IMG/VR virus record: IMGVR_UViG_3300038441_000626
Location: 1,428 to 65,427 of that record
Direction: 5' to 3' (one strand)
DNA length: 64,000 nt
Source: a virus
Lineage: Duplodnaviria; Caudoviricetes
Part shown: in pieces, positions 38,511 through 47,643 of the stretch
Layout: every line of letters starts with the position of its first letter
Numbering within the stretch: position 1 is the stretch's first letter
Translations under genes and position numbers: made by a program
Notes under the pieces: model-generated
Database searches by the model: none
What the model was told of the DNA's origin: nothing
The model's input: only the letters and a program-made list of their open reading frames with translations

Positions 38511-39429
38511 AACGATGAAGTCGCCGCGGGACAGACGACACAGTGTCTGGCGCGGTGGCGTGCTTCAGGTGTGGGTCACCAGAGCCTGCGACAAGGCTTG
38601 CTTCGGATGCACGCAAGGATCAAATCTGGCCGGCAAGCCGCAGATGATGTCGCCCGATCAGTTCAACGATGCACTGATGTCGTTACAAGACTACTTTGGC
38701 GTTGTCGGAATGTTCGGTGGTAATCCGGCGGTGCATCCGCATTTCGATTCATTGTGCAAGATTATGCGGGCACGGATCCCATTTGAGCAACGAGGTCTCT
38801 GGTGCAATAACCTAATGGGTAAAGGAGCCCACGCACGGATTACGTTCAACCCGCAGTTCTCGAATCTAAATGTCCACATGGACCGGGAGGCTTATAATGA
38901 GTTTATCCGAGACTGGCCAGAAGCTGCGCATGTCGTTAAGGGGCTTGATACGGATTCTCGGCACTCTCCGCCTTATGTCGCGTTACGCGACGTCGTTGAC
39001 GACGAGGCTGAACGGTGGAAGCTCATCGGCAACTGTGACGTCAATCAGTTTTGGTCCGCTATCATCTGCGTCTTTAGGGGAGAACTGCGAGGTTATTTCT
39101 GTGAGCTCGCCGGAGCTCAGGCTATGCTTCACCAACATGAACTTGACTATCCGGATCTCGGTGTCCCCATTGAGCCAGGATGGTGGAATCAAGGACTAGA
39201 GGCGTTCGATGCTCAGGTTCGAAAGCACTGCCATGACTGCGGTATCCCTTTGAGAGGCTACGGGTCCCTGGCAGTTACGGGCGAAACGGAGCAAGTCTCG
39301 CAAACGCATGCTAACATCTACAAGCCTAAGACCCGCGAGCGCCCAGTGCAGCTAGTGCAGCTTCGTTCCGAGCTTGGAGAAGCGTCGCTTAAACGGGCGA
39401 CGGATTACATACAGAATGGTTCACTATGA
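38488..39429 (+). CDS. Radical SAM protein
   Basis: CDKACFGC (CxxxCxxC), FGGNP, extra C-terminal Cys. Confidence 0.85.
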   Translation: MPSYPLPRTMKSPRDRRHSVWRGGVLQVWVTRACDKACFGCTQGSNLAGKPQMMSPDQFNDALMSLQDYFGVVGMFGGNPAVHPHFDSLCKIMRARIPFEQRGLWCNNLMGKGAHARITFNPQFSNLNVHMDREAYNEFIRDWPEAAHVVKGLDTDSRHSPPYVALRDVVDDEAERWKLIGNCDVNQFWSAIICVFRGELRGYFCELAGAQAMLHQHELDYPDLGVPIEPGWWNQGLEAFDAQVRKHCHDCGIPLRGYGSLAVTGETEQVSQTHANIYKPKTRERPVQLVQLRSELGEASLKRATDYIQNGSL

Positions 39430-40121
39430 CTGCCTACGGCTGCGGTTGTGTTAATGAACGGCATCCATTCGGTATGGAGCACTGCGTGGAAAAGTGTGAG
39501 TTCCATGTCGAGTGGAGTCGAACGCATCAACCCGGTATACAGTACTACGAGACAATGTGTGCGATACAGGACGGCGTCCCGCAGTGTGCAAGATATATCC
39601 GCGAGTTGCTTGAGGGCGTATCAATACCAAGAGCGGCGAGTCTATATGCTAAAGCGCTTGAGGTCGGGTGCGGGTGCAGCATGTACGCTCCATTGGTACA
39701 GCAACTTGGTTACAGATACTTCGGAATAGAGCCTAGCGAATGGGCTGCTCATTGGACGCGCAGTACCTTCAATGTACAAGTCGATCAGTCGACCGTCGAA
39801 GAGGCTGTATTGATACCCAACAGCTACGATCTAGTCATCGCAGCACACGTACTGGAACACGTGAGTAGTGTCATCGGTGTACTCGAAAAATTACATTTGG
39901 CGATGCGACCTAGCGCAACGCTTATCATCGTGGTGCCCGACGACCAAGACAGAACGAATCCAGATCACTGGTGGTTCTTTACGGAGGTGTCGCTGCAGCG
40001 CACGCTCGCCGAGACGGGGTTCACCGAGATACAGATGAAGTCGATAAAGCGCGTCGAGTACGAGGATTTCATTTACTGTTCAGCAACAAAGAGGCTACCA
40101 TGGAAGCAATCAGGAGTCTAG
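39426..40121 (+). CDS. Class I SAM-dependent methyltransferase
   Basis: LEVGCG, GIEPS, HVLEHV, IVVP. Confidence 0.85.
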   Translation: MTAYGCGCVNERHPFGMEHCVEKCEFHVEWSRTHQPGIQYYETMCAIQDGVPQCARYIRELLEGVSIPRAASLYAKALEVGCGCSMYAPLVQQLGYRYFGIEPSEWAAHWTRSTFNVQVDQSTVEEAVLIPNSYDLVIAAHVLEHVSSVIGVLEKLHLAMRPSATLIIVVPDDQDRTNPDHWWFFTEVSLQRTLAETGFTEIQMKSIKRVEYEDFIYCSATKRLPWKQSGV

Positions 40122-40900
40122 TCGTCTGCGTTGAGTATGACGACATGCTAGCCGTAACGCTAAAACGTAACGCGAGGCACTTCACGGAGGTCCTCGTTGT
40201 GACGCATCCTGGCGACAAGAGGACTCGAGACGTGGTCGCGGACGTACCGTCGGCATCCTGCTTATTAACAGATGCGTTCTACCGGCACGATGCAAAGTTC
40301 AACAAGGGCTTAGCTATCGAAGAGGGCTTCGATCGTCTTGGACGGGAGGGTTGGTTGTGCGTATGGGATGCGGATACTCTGCTTCCTAGTGATTTTGCAC
40401 CGCCTAGGCTAACAATCGGGAAGCTATACTCGGCTAAGCGTCGAATGCTCGAGAACATGGAGGAGAAATACAAGTGGTACTTTGCCGACGAACGCTCGTG
40501 GCGACAGCTGCCGTACTGCGCCGATCGAGTGTTCGCCGGATACTTTCATCTGTTCAACGCAGCCGATCCTGTTCTTGAAGAGCACCCGTGGTACGACGTG
40601 ACCTTCACTCACGCGGGAGGCGGTGACGGCTACTTCCAGTCCAGGTGGTCGAACAGTGATAAGCTCATGTTGCCGTTTGATGTGCTGCACATCGGGCCGC
40701 GGGACAGGAACTGGTTCGGTCGCACGACTCGACGAATAGACGGCCTCGATGCTTACGTGCCGGTCCAGCGCACTTACGACATGCAGGAGTATGCCCGGAA
40801 GAAGGGTTGGCTAAAGTCAGCGCCCCTGTTAGGGAGTGATCGCAGAGTGATTGAGCACATTTACGTCCCAGGACAAAGGTCTTCGGGGTTCAAACCCTAA
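40100..40900 (+). CDS. GT-A-like glycosyltransferase
   Basis: FNKGLAI, WDADTLL (DxD), GYFHLF, GGGDGYF. Confidence 0.75.
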   Translation: MEAIRSLVVCVEYDDMLAVTLKRNARHFTEVLVVTHPGDKRTRDVVADVPSASCLLTDAFYRHDAKFNKGLAIEEGFDRLGREGWLCVWDADTLLPSDFAPPRLTIGKLYSAKRRMLENMEEKYKWYFADERSWRQLPYCADRVFAGYFHLFNAADPVLEEHPWYDVTFTHAGGGDGYFQSRWSNSDKLMLPFDVLHIGPRDRNWFGRTTRRIDGLDAYVPVQRTYDMQEYARKKGWLKSAPLLGSDRRVIEHIYVPGQRSSGFKP

Positions 40901-40909
40901 GGATTTAAT

Positions 40910-41785
40910 ATGAGGATGCTGGTCGCTACCTGTTACTTTAACCCGTGTAAGTACAAGCGGATAGTCCGCAATTACACAGCATTCCGTCATCTGATGGACT
41001 CACATGACATCGAAGTAGTTACAGCTGAGCTAGTGCTGGATGATGACATACCGCAAGTCGGGGACGCGATATACTATAGAGGATCACGGGCGACCCACTG
41101 GATGTGGCAGAAGGAAGCTTTGCTCAATCAGGTCATCAAGGCGAGGTCCAAAGGCTACGATGTCACAGCGTGGGTCGATGCTGATATAATTTTTACTTAT
41201 CCCTACTGGGTCGACGACACTCTTCGCGAACTAGACCGGGTGCCTATAACGCAGATGTTCAGCGATGCGCACTGGACTGACTCGCAGGGTTCAATCGTGA
41301 CGCGTGTGAAGTCAACAGCTCACTGGTGGACGATTGGCGACAAGAGATGGGACGACTTCACGCAAAGTCATCCAGGATTTGCGTGGGCGGCTCGAAGTGA
41401 CCTGTTACTTATGCACGGGCTCTATGACAAGATAATCACGGGTTGCGGTGACACGGTGATGCTTCGTGGGTGGACGGGTGAGGCGATGGCGAGTACTATG
41501 CGGTACTTCGGACCGGCCGTCTACAGAGACGTCAACCGATGGGCTGAACCGATTGACACCGAGATAGGTTGCGTGCCGGGATCAGTCGTCCATATGTACC
41601 ACGGCGACCTAAGACATCGCGATAACCGTGGACGCAGGACCCTACTAGCTAACTTCGATCCGGAGACTGACGTTGAACGTGACGAGAACGGTTTACTCAT
41701 CTGGTCCAAGTATGCCCATGAAGCCAAACCAGAGCTCATTACCTCGGTTAAGGACTACTTCTTCGCCCGACGCGAGGACGATTGA
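40910..41785 (+). CDS. GT-A-like glycosyltransferase
   Basis: WQKEALLN, WVDADIIF (DxD), PGFAWA, GCGD, HMYHG. Confidence 0.75.
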   Translation: MRMLVATCYFNPCKYKRIVRNYTAFRHLMDSHDIEVVTAELVLDDDIPQVGDAIYYRGSRATHWMWQKEALLNQVIKARSKGYDVTAWVDADIIFTYPYWVDDTLRELDRVPITQMFSDAHWTDSQGSIVTRVKSTAHWWTIGDKRWDDFTQSHPGFAWAARSDLLLMHGLYDKIITGCGDTVMLRGWTGEAMASTMRYFGPAVYRDVNRWAEPIDTEIGCVPGSVVHMYHGDLRHRDNRGRRTLLANFDPETDVERDENGLLIWSKYAHEAKPELITSVKDYFFARREDD

Positions 41786-41810
41786 CTTAGTCGATCACCC
41801 TGGATATAAT
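41782..41810 (+). promoter_or_regulatory. Sigma70-type promoter
   Basis: TTGACT-17-TATAAT; ATG at 41817. Confidence 0.8.
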
Positions 41811-41816
41811 ACGGCC

Positions 41817-42155
41817 ATGACACCCCGAGTATTCATACTGACATTACCTGAATTGGATGTCTCTAAGGCATCCGAGTTCGGTGACATCATATACATATAT
41901 GCTCGACGTTCTGACATTCCCAGTCCGCTTACATCACGGTTCGCCGCGGATGTAGTGCGTCGACTCCTGAATCAAAGCTTCTCACCTGGGCACGACTTCT
42001 TTGTCGTTACGGGCGGGCTAACCTTCATAGCGGCGGCAGTCGCCGCGGTGGTTGCAGAGTACGGTGAAATCAGAACTCTCTGTTGGGATTCTCTTGAAAC
42101 TGAAAGGAGGTATAAAGAGGTACGGATGGGTTCACGTCACTACGCGTCTCACTAA
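41817..42155 (+). CDS. Hypothetical phage protein
   Basis: Start just behind the promoter; ASEFGDI..DFFVVTG. Confidence 0.65.
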   Translation: MTPRVFILTLPELDVSKASEFGDIIYIYARRSDIPSPLTSRFAADVVRRLLNQSFSPGHDFFVVTGGLTFIAAAVAAVVAEYGEIRTLCWDSLETERRYKEVRMGSRHYASH

Positions 42156-42183
42156 TCGTTACATCATCTTAGGGAACATCACT

Positions 42184-42864
42184 ATGCAAGAAACTGAAAA
42201 GACTGTGTTCGCCCACTCGTTCGAGGTTCACGCCTCGATTTACAAGTTACTTCTGGAGCTCAAGTCAGGTGCGACTATACGGTCGCTGCCTGAGCTCGTC
42301 GATCTGGTCTACGCTCTAAAGAAGTCCTCTGAGCTCTTGGACGACGTCCGCAAGGAAGTCGACCAGTTGAAAGAGTTCATCGAGAGACTCGCGTGTCTCG
42401 CGTGGCTCACTCAAGCCTCGGGTGAGAACGTTAAGACCGAGTATTGCACCGGTACTCCCGACGTCAAGCAGATGGCGAAGGTTCCGAAGCCGGGTACTGA
42501 AGAGTACGTCGCGCTTATGAATCACTTCGGTGTCGATCCAAGCTCTCCCGTCCGGCCGCACTGGCCGTCGATGGTCGAGCGCCTTTCTGCCGAGCTGGCT
42601 GAAGGTAAGCCACTTCCTCCGGGCTGCGATCCCGCTTCGGTGTACCAGGTGTTCCGGGTGAAGATCCTTAAGAAGCGACCAGTGCTTGACGACAAGGAGG
42701 CCCTTGCGATACAGAACCCGCATCGGCTAAAGATCCTGTACAGGCTCGTCGACACGCTAGTAGACTTCGTGAGTGACTATGCCACCTTAGCTTATGAGGA
42801 CGAGCAGGAGGGCGCTGAAGAAAAAGAAACTTCTTCGGCGATTGACATCGACACGCCGTTCTGA
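42184..42864 (+). CDS. Hypothetical replication-module protein
   Basis: Helical N-terminus; acidic tail ending DIDTPF. Confidence 0.65.
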   Translation: MQETEKTVFAHSFEVHASIYKLLLELKSGATIRSLPELVDLVYALKKSSELLDDVRKEVDQLKEFIERLACLAWLTQASGENVKTEYCTGTPDVKQMAKVPKPGTEEYVALMNHFGVDPSSPVRPHWPSMVERLSAELAEGKPLPPGCDPASVYQVFRVKILKKRPVLDDKEALAIQNPHRLKILYRLVDTLVDFVSDYATLAYEDEQEGAEEKETSSAIDIDTPF

Positions 42865-42870
42865 TATAAT
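42842..42870 (+). promoter_or_regulatory. Consensus sigma70 promoter
   Basis: TTGACA-17-TATAAT with TGn. Confidence 0.85.
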
Positions 42871-42884
42871 GCACGCACCGCGAC

Positions 42885-42913
42885 AAGCCCGGCGGTTAAC
42901 TGGGCTTTCTCTT
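42885..42913 (+). terminator. Hairpin with T-rich tail
   Basis: AAGCCCGG...CTGGGCTT followed by TCTCTT. Confidence 0.5.
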
Positions 42914-42933
42914 GTTGAATAAGGAATTGAGTC

Positions 42934-43776
42934 ATGGCTAAAAAAGAAATGGAACTGTCTGTGAAGCCTGAGGACGAGCGGATCTTGGTTGCGAAGGACC
43001 ACCAGGATCTGCCCGAGCACATGCGTGCGGACGCCGGTGAGGGCACGGACACGCTCTCCAAGTACATCCGACCGCCACGATTAAAGATCGTGCAGGGCAA
43101 CTCGGACCAAAAGTTCTTGGAGGTCGCCGATCCTGGTTCGGTGATCCTGTCACCGACGATGCAGCTCGTCGCGGAGGTGACACAGCCGTTCTGGTTCGTG
43201 CCTGTTCTGTTCTTCCCGGAGTGGTACACATCGAACCCGATGTCGATGAAGGGCCAGCTACCGTTCATCCGGGAACGGTCCACGGATCCTGCAAGCGACA
43301 TCGCCCGCAAGGCGCAGGACCCGATTCTCCGCGGAGCCGACGACTGCCCGGAGTCGAAGGGTAACAAGCTCAAGCACGTAGAGGCGCTGAACTTCATCGT
43401 GCTGATCTTGCGAAACGAGGCCCTCATGGGTCAACCGGCGATCATGTCCTTTTCTAAATCGGCGCACAAGGACGGGTCCCAGTTGTCGGCCCTGATCCGA
43501 TCGAGACGCGGCCCGCTGTACGGGATGATCTTCGAAGCTTGCGTGCCGCAGATGAAGCGGTCTAACACCCAGGGCCAATGGCACTACATGCAGGTCGGTA
43601 ACCCGTCGGCCCCAGGTGCGCCGCATCCGATGGTGATGAACGTCGAGGAGTACCAAGCACTTAAAGCGCTGCATCACAAGTATCTCGCCGACCTCGAGGC
43701 CAGTCGGATCATCACCGACTACGAAGACGAGGAGGGTAATGGAACGGTTCCAAGTGAAGCTGCGGCGTCAATGTGA
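42934..43776 (+). CDS. Putative ssDNA-binding/annealing protein
   Basis: PPRLKIVQGNS motif, NTQGQW, acidic tail; location upstream of primase. Confidence 0.5.
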   Translation: MAKKEMELSVKPEDERILVAKDHQDLPEHMRADAGEGTDTLSKYIRPPRLKIVQGNSDQKFLEVADPGSVILSPTMQLVAEVTQPFWFVPVLFFPEWYTSNPMSMKGQLPFIRERSTDPASDIARKAQDPILRGADDCPESKGNKLKHVEALNFIVLILRNEALMGQPAIMSFSKSAHKDGSQLSALIRSRRGPLYGMIFEACVPQMKRSNTQGQWHYMQVGNPSAPGAPHPMVMNVEEYQALKALHHKYLADLEASRIITDYEDEEGNGTVPSEAAASM

Positions 43777-43799
43777 CTTCACCCACGTTGACGTCCGCC

Positions 43800-43848
43800 G
43801 GCCCGCCGTACGGTTTGGCCCTTCCGTGCGGCGGGCCACTTCTTTTAT
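43800..43848 (+). terminator. Intrinsic terminator-like hairpin
   Basis: GGCCCGCCGTACGG / CCGTGCGGCGGGCC then ACTTCTTTTAT. Confidence 0.65.
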
Positions 43849-43868
43849 CACGGGCATGGATGTGATTT

Positions 43869-46694
43869 ATGGCAGAGATAGGCGTTATAGCGGAGCTAGA
43901 ACGAATGGGTTGGCCGTACCAACCCTCCTCTGAGGACGAAGTAAAATGCAAGTGCCCGTTCCATGATGATGAGACTCCGTCATGCGGCTTAAACATCCGC
44001 ACGATGGTGTTCCACTGCTACGTGTGCGACGCGAAGGGTGACTTCATATCCTTTGTCGCCCGCGCCACTAAGACCTCCAGGGCGGTAGTCTTCGCCGACT
44101 ACGAGAAGCGCTACGGTCTAGAGCAGGTCAAGGCGATCGAGCCTACGGTCATCGACAAGTACCACCTCGCGATATGGAAGGCTCCACACCTGTTAAAGGA
44201 GCTGTACCTGCGCGGGGTTACTGAGACCTCGATACGGAAGTACCGTCTCGGTGAGGACCAGGGCAAGATCACCATACCGATCAAAAATGAGGGCGGCACG
44301 TACGTTAACCTTCGACGGTACTTGCCCGGAGCCCCTAGCTCGGAGAAGATGCGTAACGCTAAGGGTCGCGGCGAGATGCGCCTGTACCCGGTAGAACAAC
44401 TGGACTATGAGAAGATCATCGTCTGCGGTGGTGAAGTCAAAGCGATCGTCGCCGCACAGGTGATGAACCCGCACGGTGTGGGCGCGATCACTGCATCAGC
44501 GGGTGAGGGCAACTGGAGTCACAAGTTCACGTCACGGTTCGCGGGCAAGCACGTGTACGTAATGATGGACGTGGACAAGAAGGGTGTCGAGGCGTCACAG
44601 CATATCGCCGCGATACTTTACCAGGTAGCGAAATGGGTCGGTGTCATAGTCTTGCCGTTGGACATCGACAAGTACCCGCACGGTGATGTGAACGACTTCG
44701 TCGCCCACGAGAACGGCGACTTGAAGGCGATCGTCGATAAGGCGCCGCAGTGGTTGCCGGCTAATATAGCTTCAACGATCCGTAACGAGGAGCCCGTTGA
44801 GACTAAGTTCAGCGACACTGTGCAAGCGGTTAACGTTGGAAAGCGTATGGCGTGGAGTGCTGTAGTATCTGCAGCTGATGAGCGAGCATATTCGATACCT
44901 AAGCGAGTGCATGTTAAATGCACAAAAGATCAGCCGTACTGTAGTATATGCCCTGTCATTGCGCGGGAGGATATGGTATTCAATATCGAATCAGAATCAC
45001 CTGCTTTGCTCCAGATGGTAGACATTACCGATCAACAGATGGATTTCGCTATCAAATCAGCTCTTAGTATACCGAAGGCTTGTAGAGTGGTGTCGTTTGA
45101 GGTACTGGATCACTACCATGCCGAAGATGTGTGTATGAATCCGTCGCTCGACATGTCGAACCGTGATACTGATCGGCCTAATCAGCACGCGATATGCGTC
45201 GATTGTGAAGCATATATAAGCCAGACCTACAAGATGGTCGGTCGGATGTTTCCGCACCCAAAGACTCAAAAGAATACGTTACTAGTCGCGCAAAGCAAGC
45301 CCACATTGGACTCTTTATCACGTTACATACCGACTAGACTGTCCGATCTTCGAGTGTTTAGACCGCTTGAATGGACACTCGAATCTATTAAGGAGAGGCT
45401 TAACGACATCTACGATGATCTTGAGGTGCATGTTACTAAGATATTCAAACGACGCGACATTCATTTGATGGTTGATCTGGCATATCACTCACCATTACGA
45501 ATTACTGTTGACGGCAAAGACACAAAGGGATGGGTTGAAGTACTCATCATGGGTGATAGTGCGCAAGGAAAAACTGAAACTGCGATGATGCTACGACAGC
45601 ACTACGGACTTGGCGAGAAGGTTGGGTGTAAGAACACTTCAGCAGCTGGATTACTTGGTGGCGTGGAGCGACTCCACGATAAGTCTTTTATATTGTGGGG
45701 CAAGATGCCGATGAATGATAAGATGCTCGTGATACTAGAGGAATTGAAGGGCGCAAGTAAGGACGTTCTTGCGAAACTTACAGACATGCGTGACTCAGGC
45801 TATGCAGAAATTTACAAAATTCAGCAACGTAAAACTCATGCTCGTGTTAGAATCATCGCGCTTAGCAATCCTCGCGATGATCGAGCTATGTCGGCGTATA
45901 CCTATGGCGTGGAAGCTATACGAGAGCTTATCGGTGCGCAGGAGGACATACGCAGATTTGATGCGGCGCTTATTGTGGACGGAAGAGACGTGGATACTGC
46001 AGCTTACAATGCTATGGCACGCGATCCGCCTAAAGTCAAGCATCGATACACAGCGGATCTATGTCGTGAGTTAGTTCTGTGGACGTGGACACGAGAACGA
46101 TCTCAAGTAGTCATTGATGATGATGCTGCTGCTTTGATAGGCGATGAAGCGACGCAGCTAAGCATGGAGTATACAAGAGAAATTCCACTCGTCGAGGGTG
46201 GTTCGATGCGGGCCAAGTTGTCAAGACTAGCGGCGTCGGTCGCTGCGAGAGTGTTCTCGACGGGTGATACTGAGCTAATTCTTCGTGTGCGGCGATGTCA
46301 TGTGGAGTTCGTCGTTGAGACATTGCGGCGTATATACTCAGCTACAACATTTCGCTATAATGATTACACTAAATCTGCAACTGTCAGTCTGGTCTTGAAG
46401 GACGTTCAGTCGATCAAATTGCACTTGGAAAGTTTTCCATCCCCTGAGACAATAAAAGAAAAGTTAACGTATACCGATACGTTCGACTTGAATGATGCAC
46501 TCGAGTGGTGTGATGGGAACCGTGATATAGCATGGAAGCTGATTTCGCTTTTGTCGGGAACACGGGCAATTAGAAGAGTTCGAGAGACACGAGGATGCGA
46601 ATATCAAAAGACCCCTGAGTTCATCGAATGGCTTAAGACTGTGCAGTTGACCCCGGTACCCGATCACATCAAGAAAGACAGGGAGAAGTTCTGA
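43869..46694 (+). CDS. Primase-helicase fusion (CHC2 zinc finger, TOPRIM, MCM-like AAA+)
   Basis: CPFHDDETPS..CYVC; VCGGEVK, MDVDKKG, GDVND; GDSAQGKT, ILEELK, ALSNP, IRRFD. Confidence 0.85.
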   Translation: MAEIGVIAELERMGWPYQPSSEDEVKCKCPFHDDETPSCGLNIRTMVFHCYVCDAKGDFISFVARATKTSRAVVFADYEKRYGLEQVKAIEPTVIDKYHLAIWKAPHLLKELYLRGVTETSIRKYRLGEDQGKITIPIKNEGGTYVNLRRYLPGAPSSEKMRNAKGRGEMRLYPVEQLDYEKIIVCGGEVKAIVAAQVMNPHGVGAITASAGEGNWSHKFTSRFAGKHVYVMMDVDKKGVEASQHIAAILYQVAKWVGVIVLPLDIDKYPHGDVNDFVAHENGDLKAIVDKAPQWLPANIASTIRNEEPVETKFSDTVQAVNVGKRMAWSAVVSAADERAYSIPKRVHVKCTKDQPYCSICPVIAREDMVFNIESESPALLQMVDITDQQMDFAIKSALSIPKACRVVSFEVLDHYHAEDVCMNPSLDMSNRDTDRPNQHAICVDCEAYISQTYKMVGRMFPHPKTQKNTLLVAQSKPTLDSLSRYIPTRLSDLRVFRPLEWTLESIKERLNDIYDDLEVHVTKIFKRRDIHLMVDLAYHSPLRITVDGKDTKGWVEVLIMGDSAQGKTETAMMLRQHYGLGEKVGCKNTSAAGLLGGVERLHDKSFILWGKMPMNDKMLVILEELKGASKDVLAKLTDMRDSGYAEIYKIQQRKTHARVRIIALSNPRDDRAMSAYTYGVEAIRELIGAQEDIRRFDAALIVDGRDVDTAAYNAMARDPPKVKHRYTADLCRELVLWTWTRERSQVVIDDDAAALIGDEATQLSMEYTREIPLVEGGSMRAKLSRLAASVAARVFSTGDTELILRVRRCHVEFVVETLRRIYSATTFRYNDYTKSATVSLVLKDVQSIKLHLESFPSPETIKEKLTYTDTFDLNDALEWCDGNRDIAWKLISLLSGTRAIRRVRETRGCEYQKTPEFIEWLKTVQLTPVPDHIKKDREKF

Positions 46695-47437
46695 TGAGCG
46701 AAGCTATTAGATCAGCAGTAAGCAATCTCGAGAACATCGCTGAGCTAATCGGCGACAACGCCCGTGTTATCGCTGCGGCTATCCTTTCACAGGATGCAGC
46801 GGCGACCTTTACTGAGTCCCGTAGGCCTCTCGACGAGCAAGCCTATATGGGCATACGGGCCGCTATGAGCATGGTCCAGCAGTTCCACGACAAGAACAAC
46901 GTGGCGCAGGTGAAGCGGCTCTGCAGCTTCGACGACCCGATGGCGAAGCTTCGAGATGCCGCTATCTCGTTGCGCACGTGGTCGAAGATACTTCTCGATC
47001 ATGTAGACGATGTTCGCGGTCTACGGGCCCATCTTATAATCGAGGAGACGGCTGAGCTAATACAAGCGATGTACACGAACGACGAGGACGAGACCCTTGA
47101 TGCTCTCGCGGATCTACTGTACGTCGTACTCGGTACGGCTGTGTCTTTGGACTTGCCGTTGGGCCCAGCGTTCGTCGAGGTGCATGAGTCGAACATGACG
47201 AAGGAGCGACAGCCCGACGACCCACACGGTGAGCGTGTTCGGAGCAAGGGACCGAACTACCGACCACCTAATCTGGAGCAGATCCTGTACACGTACCGTC
47301 GGGTGCGGGCGCTACCACATTCGATGACCACGGACAGCGGTGATTGCACGAACTGCGGTATGTCGTGGAAAGAAGTCTACGAGCAGATAGATACTAGGCC
47401 AGACGGGCGAGCTCACTGTAAGGGGTATAAAGTATGA
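46694..47437 (+). CDS. MazG-like/PRA-PH nucleotide pyrophosphohydrolase
   Basis: LIIEETAEL..LDALADLLYV..EVHESNMTK..KGPNYRPP. Confidence 0.85.
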   Translation: MSEAIRSAVSNLENIAELIGDNARVIAAAILSQDAAATFTESRRPLDEQAYMGIRAAMSMVQQFHDKNNVAQVKRLCSFDDPMAKLRDAAISLRTWSKILLDHVDDVRGLRAHLIIEETAELIQAMYTNDEDETLDALADLLYVVLGTAVSLDLPLGPAFVEVHESNMTKERQPDDPHGERVRSKGPNYRPPNLEQILYTYRRVRALPHSMTTDSGDCTNCGMSWKEVYEQIDTRPDGRAHCKGYKV

Positions 47438-47643
47438 TAACCAAGGGAAGCAAGTCAACCTGTGCACGGTGTGGCGCGAAGGTCCCAACCTTGGCCCTGT
47501 CAATGAACACTTCGCGTAACACCTCTGTGGTGTATCTATGCGAGCCGTGCTTGAATGAAGGAGCAGATGTATGGATGGAGTTCTTGAAAAACGACGCGCC
47601 CTCGGAGTCCACGTCTTCGCCGGAGGATTCACCGCCGGAGTAA
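47434..47643 (+). CDS. Small zinc-finger protein
   Basis: CARC...CEPC; ATGA coupling. Confidence 0.5.
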   Translation: MITKGSKSTCARCGAKVPTLALSMNTSRNTSVVYLCEPCLNEGADVWMEFLKNDAPSESTSSPEDSPPE

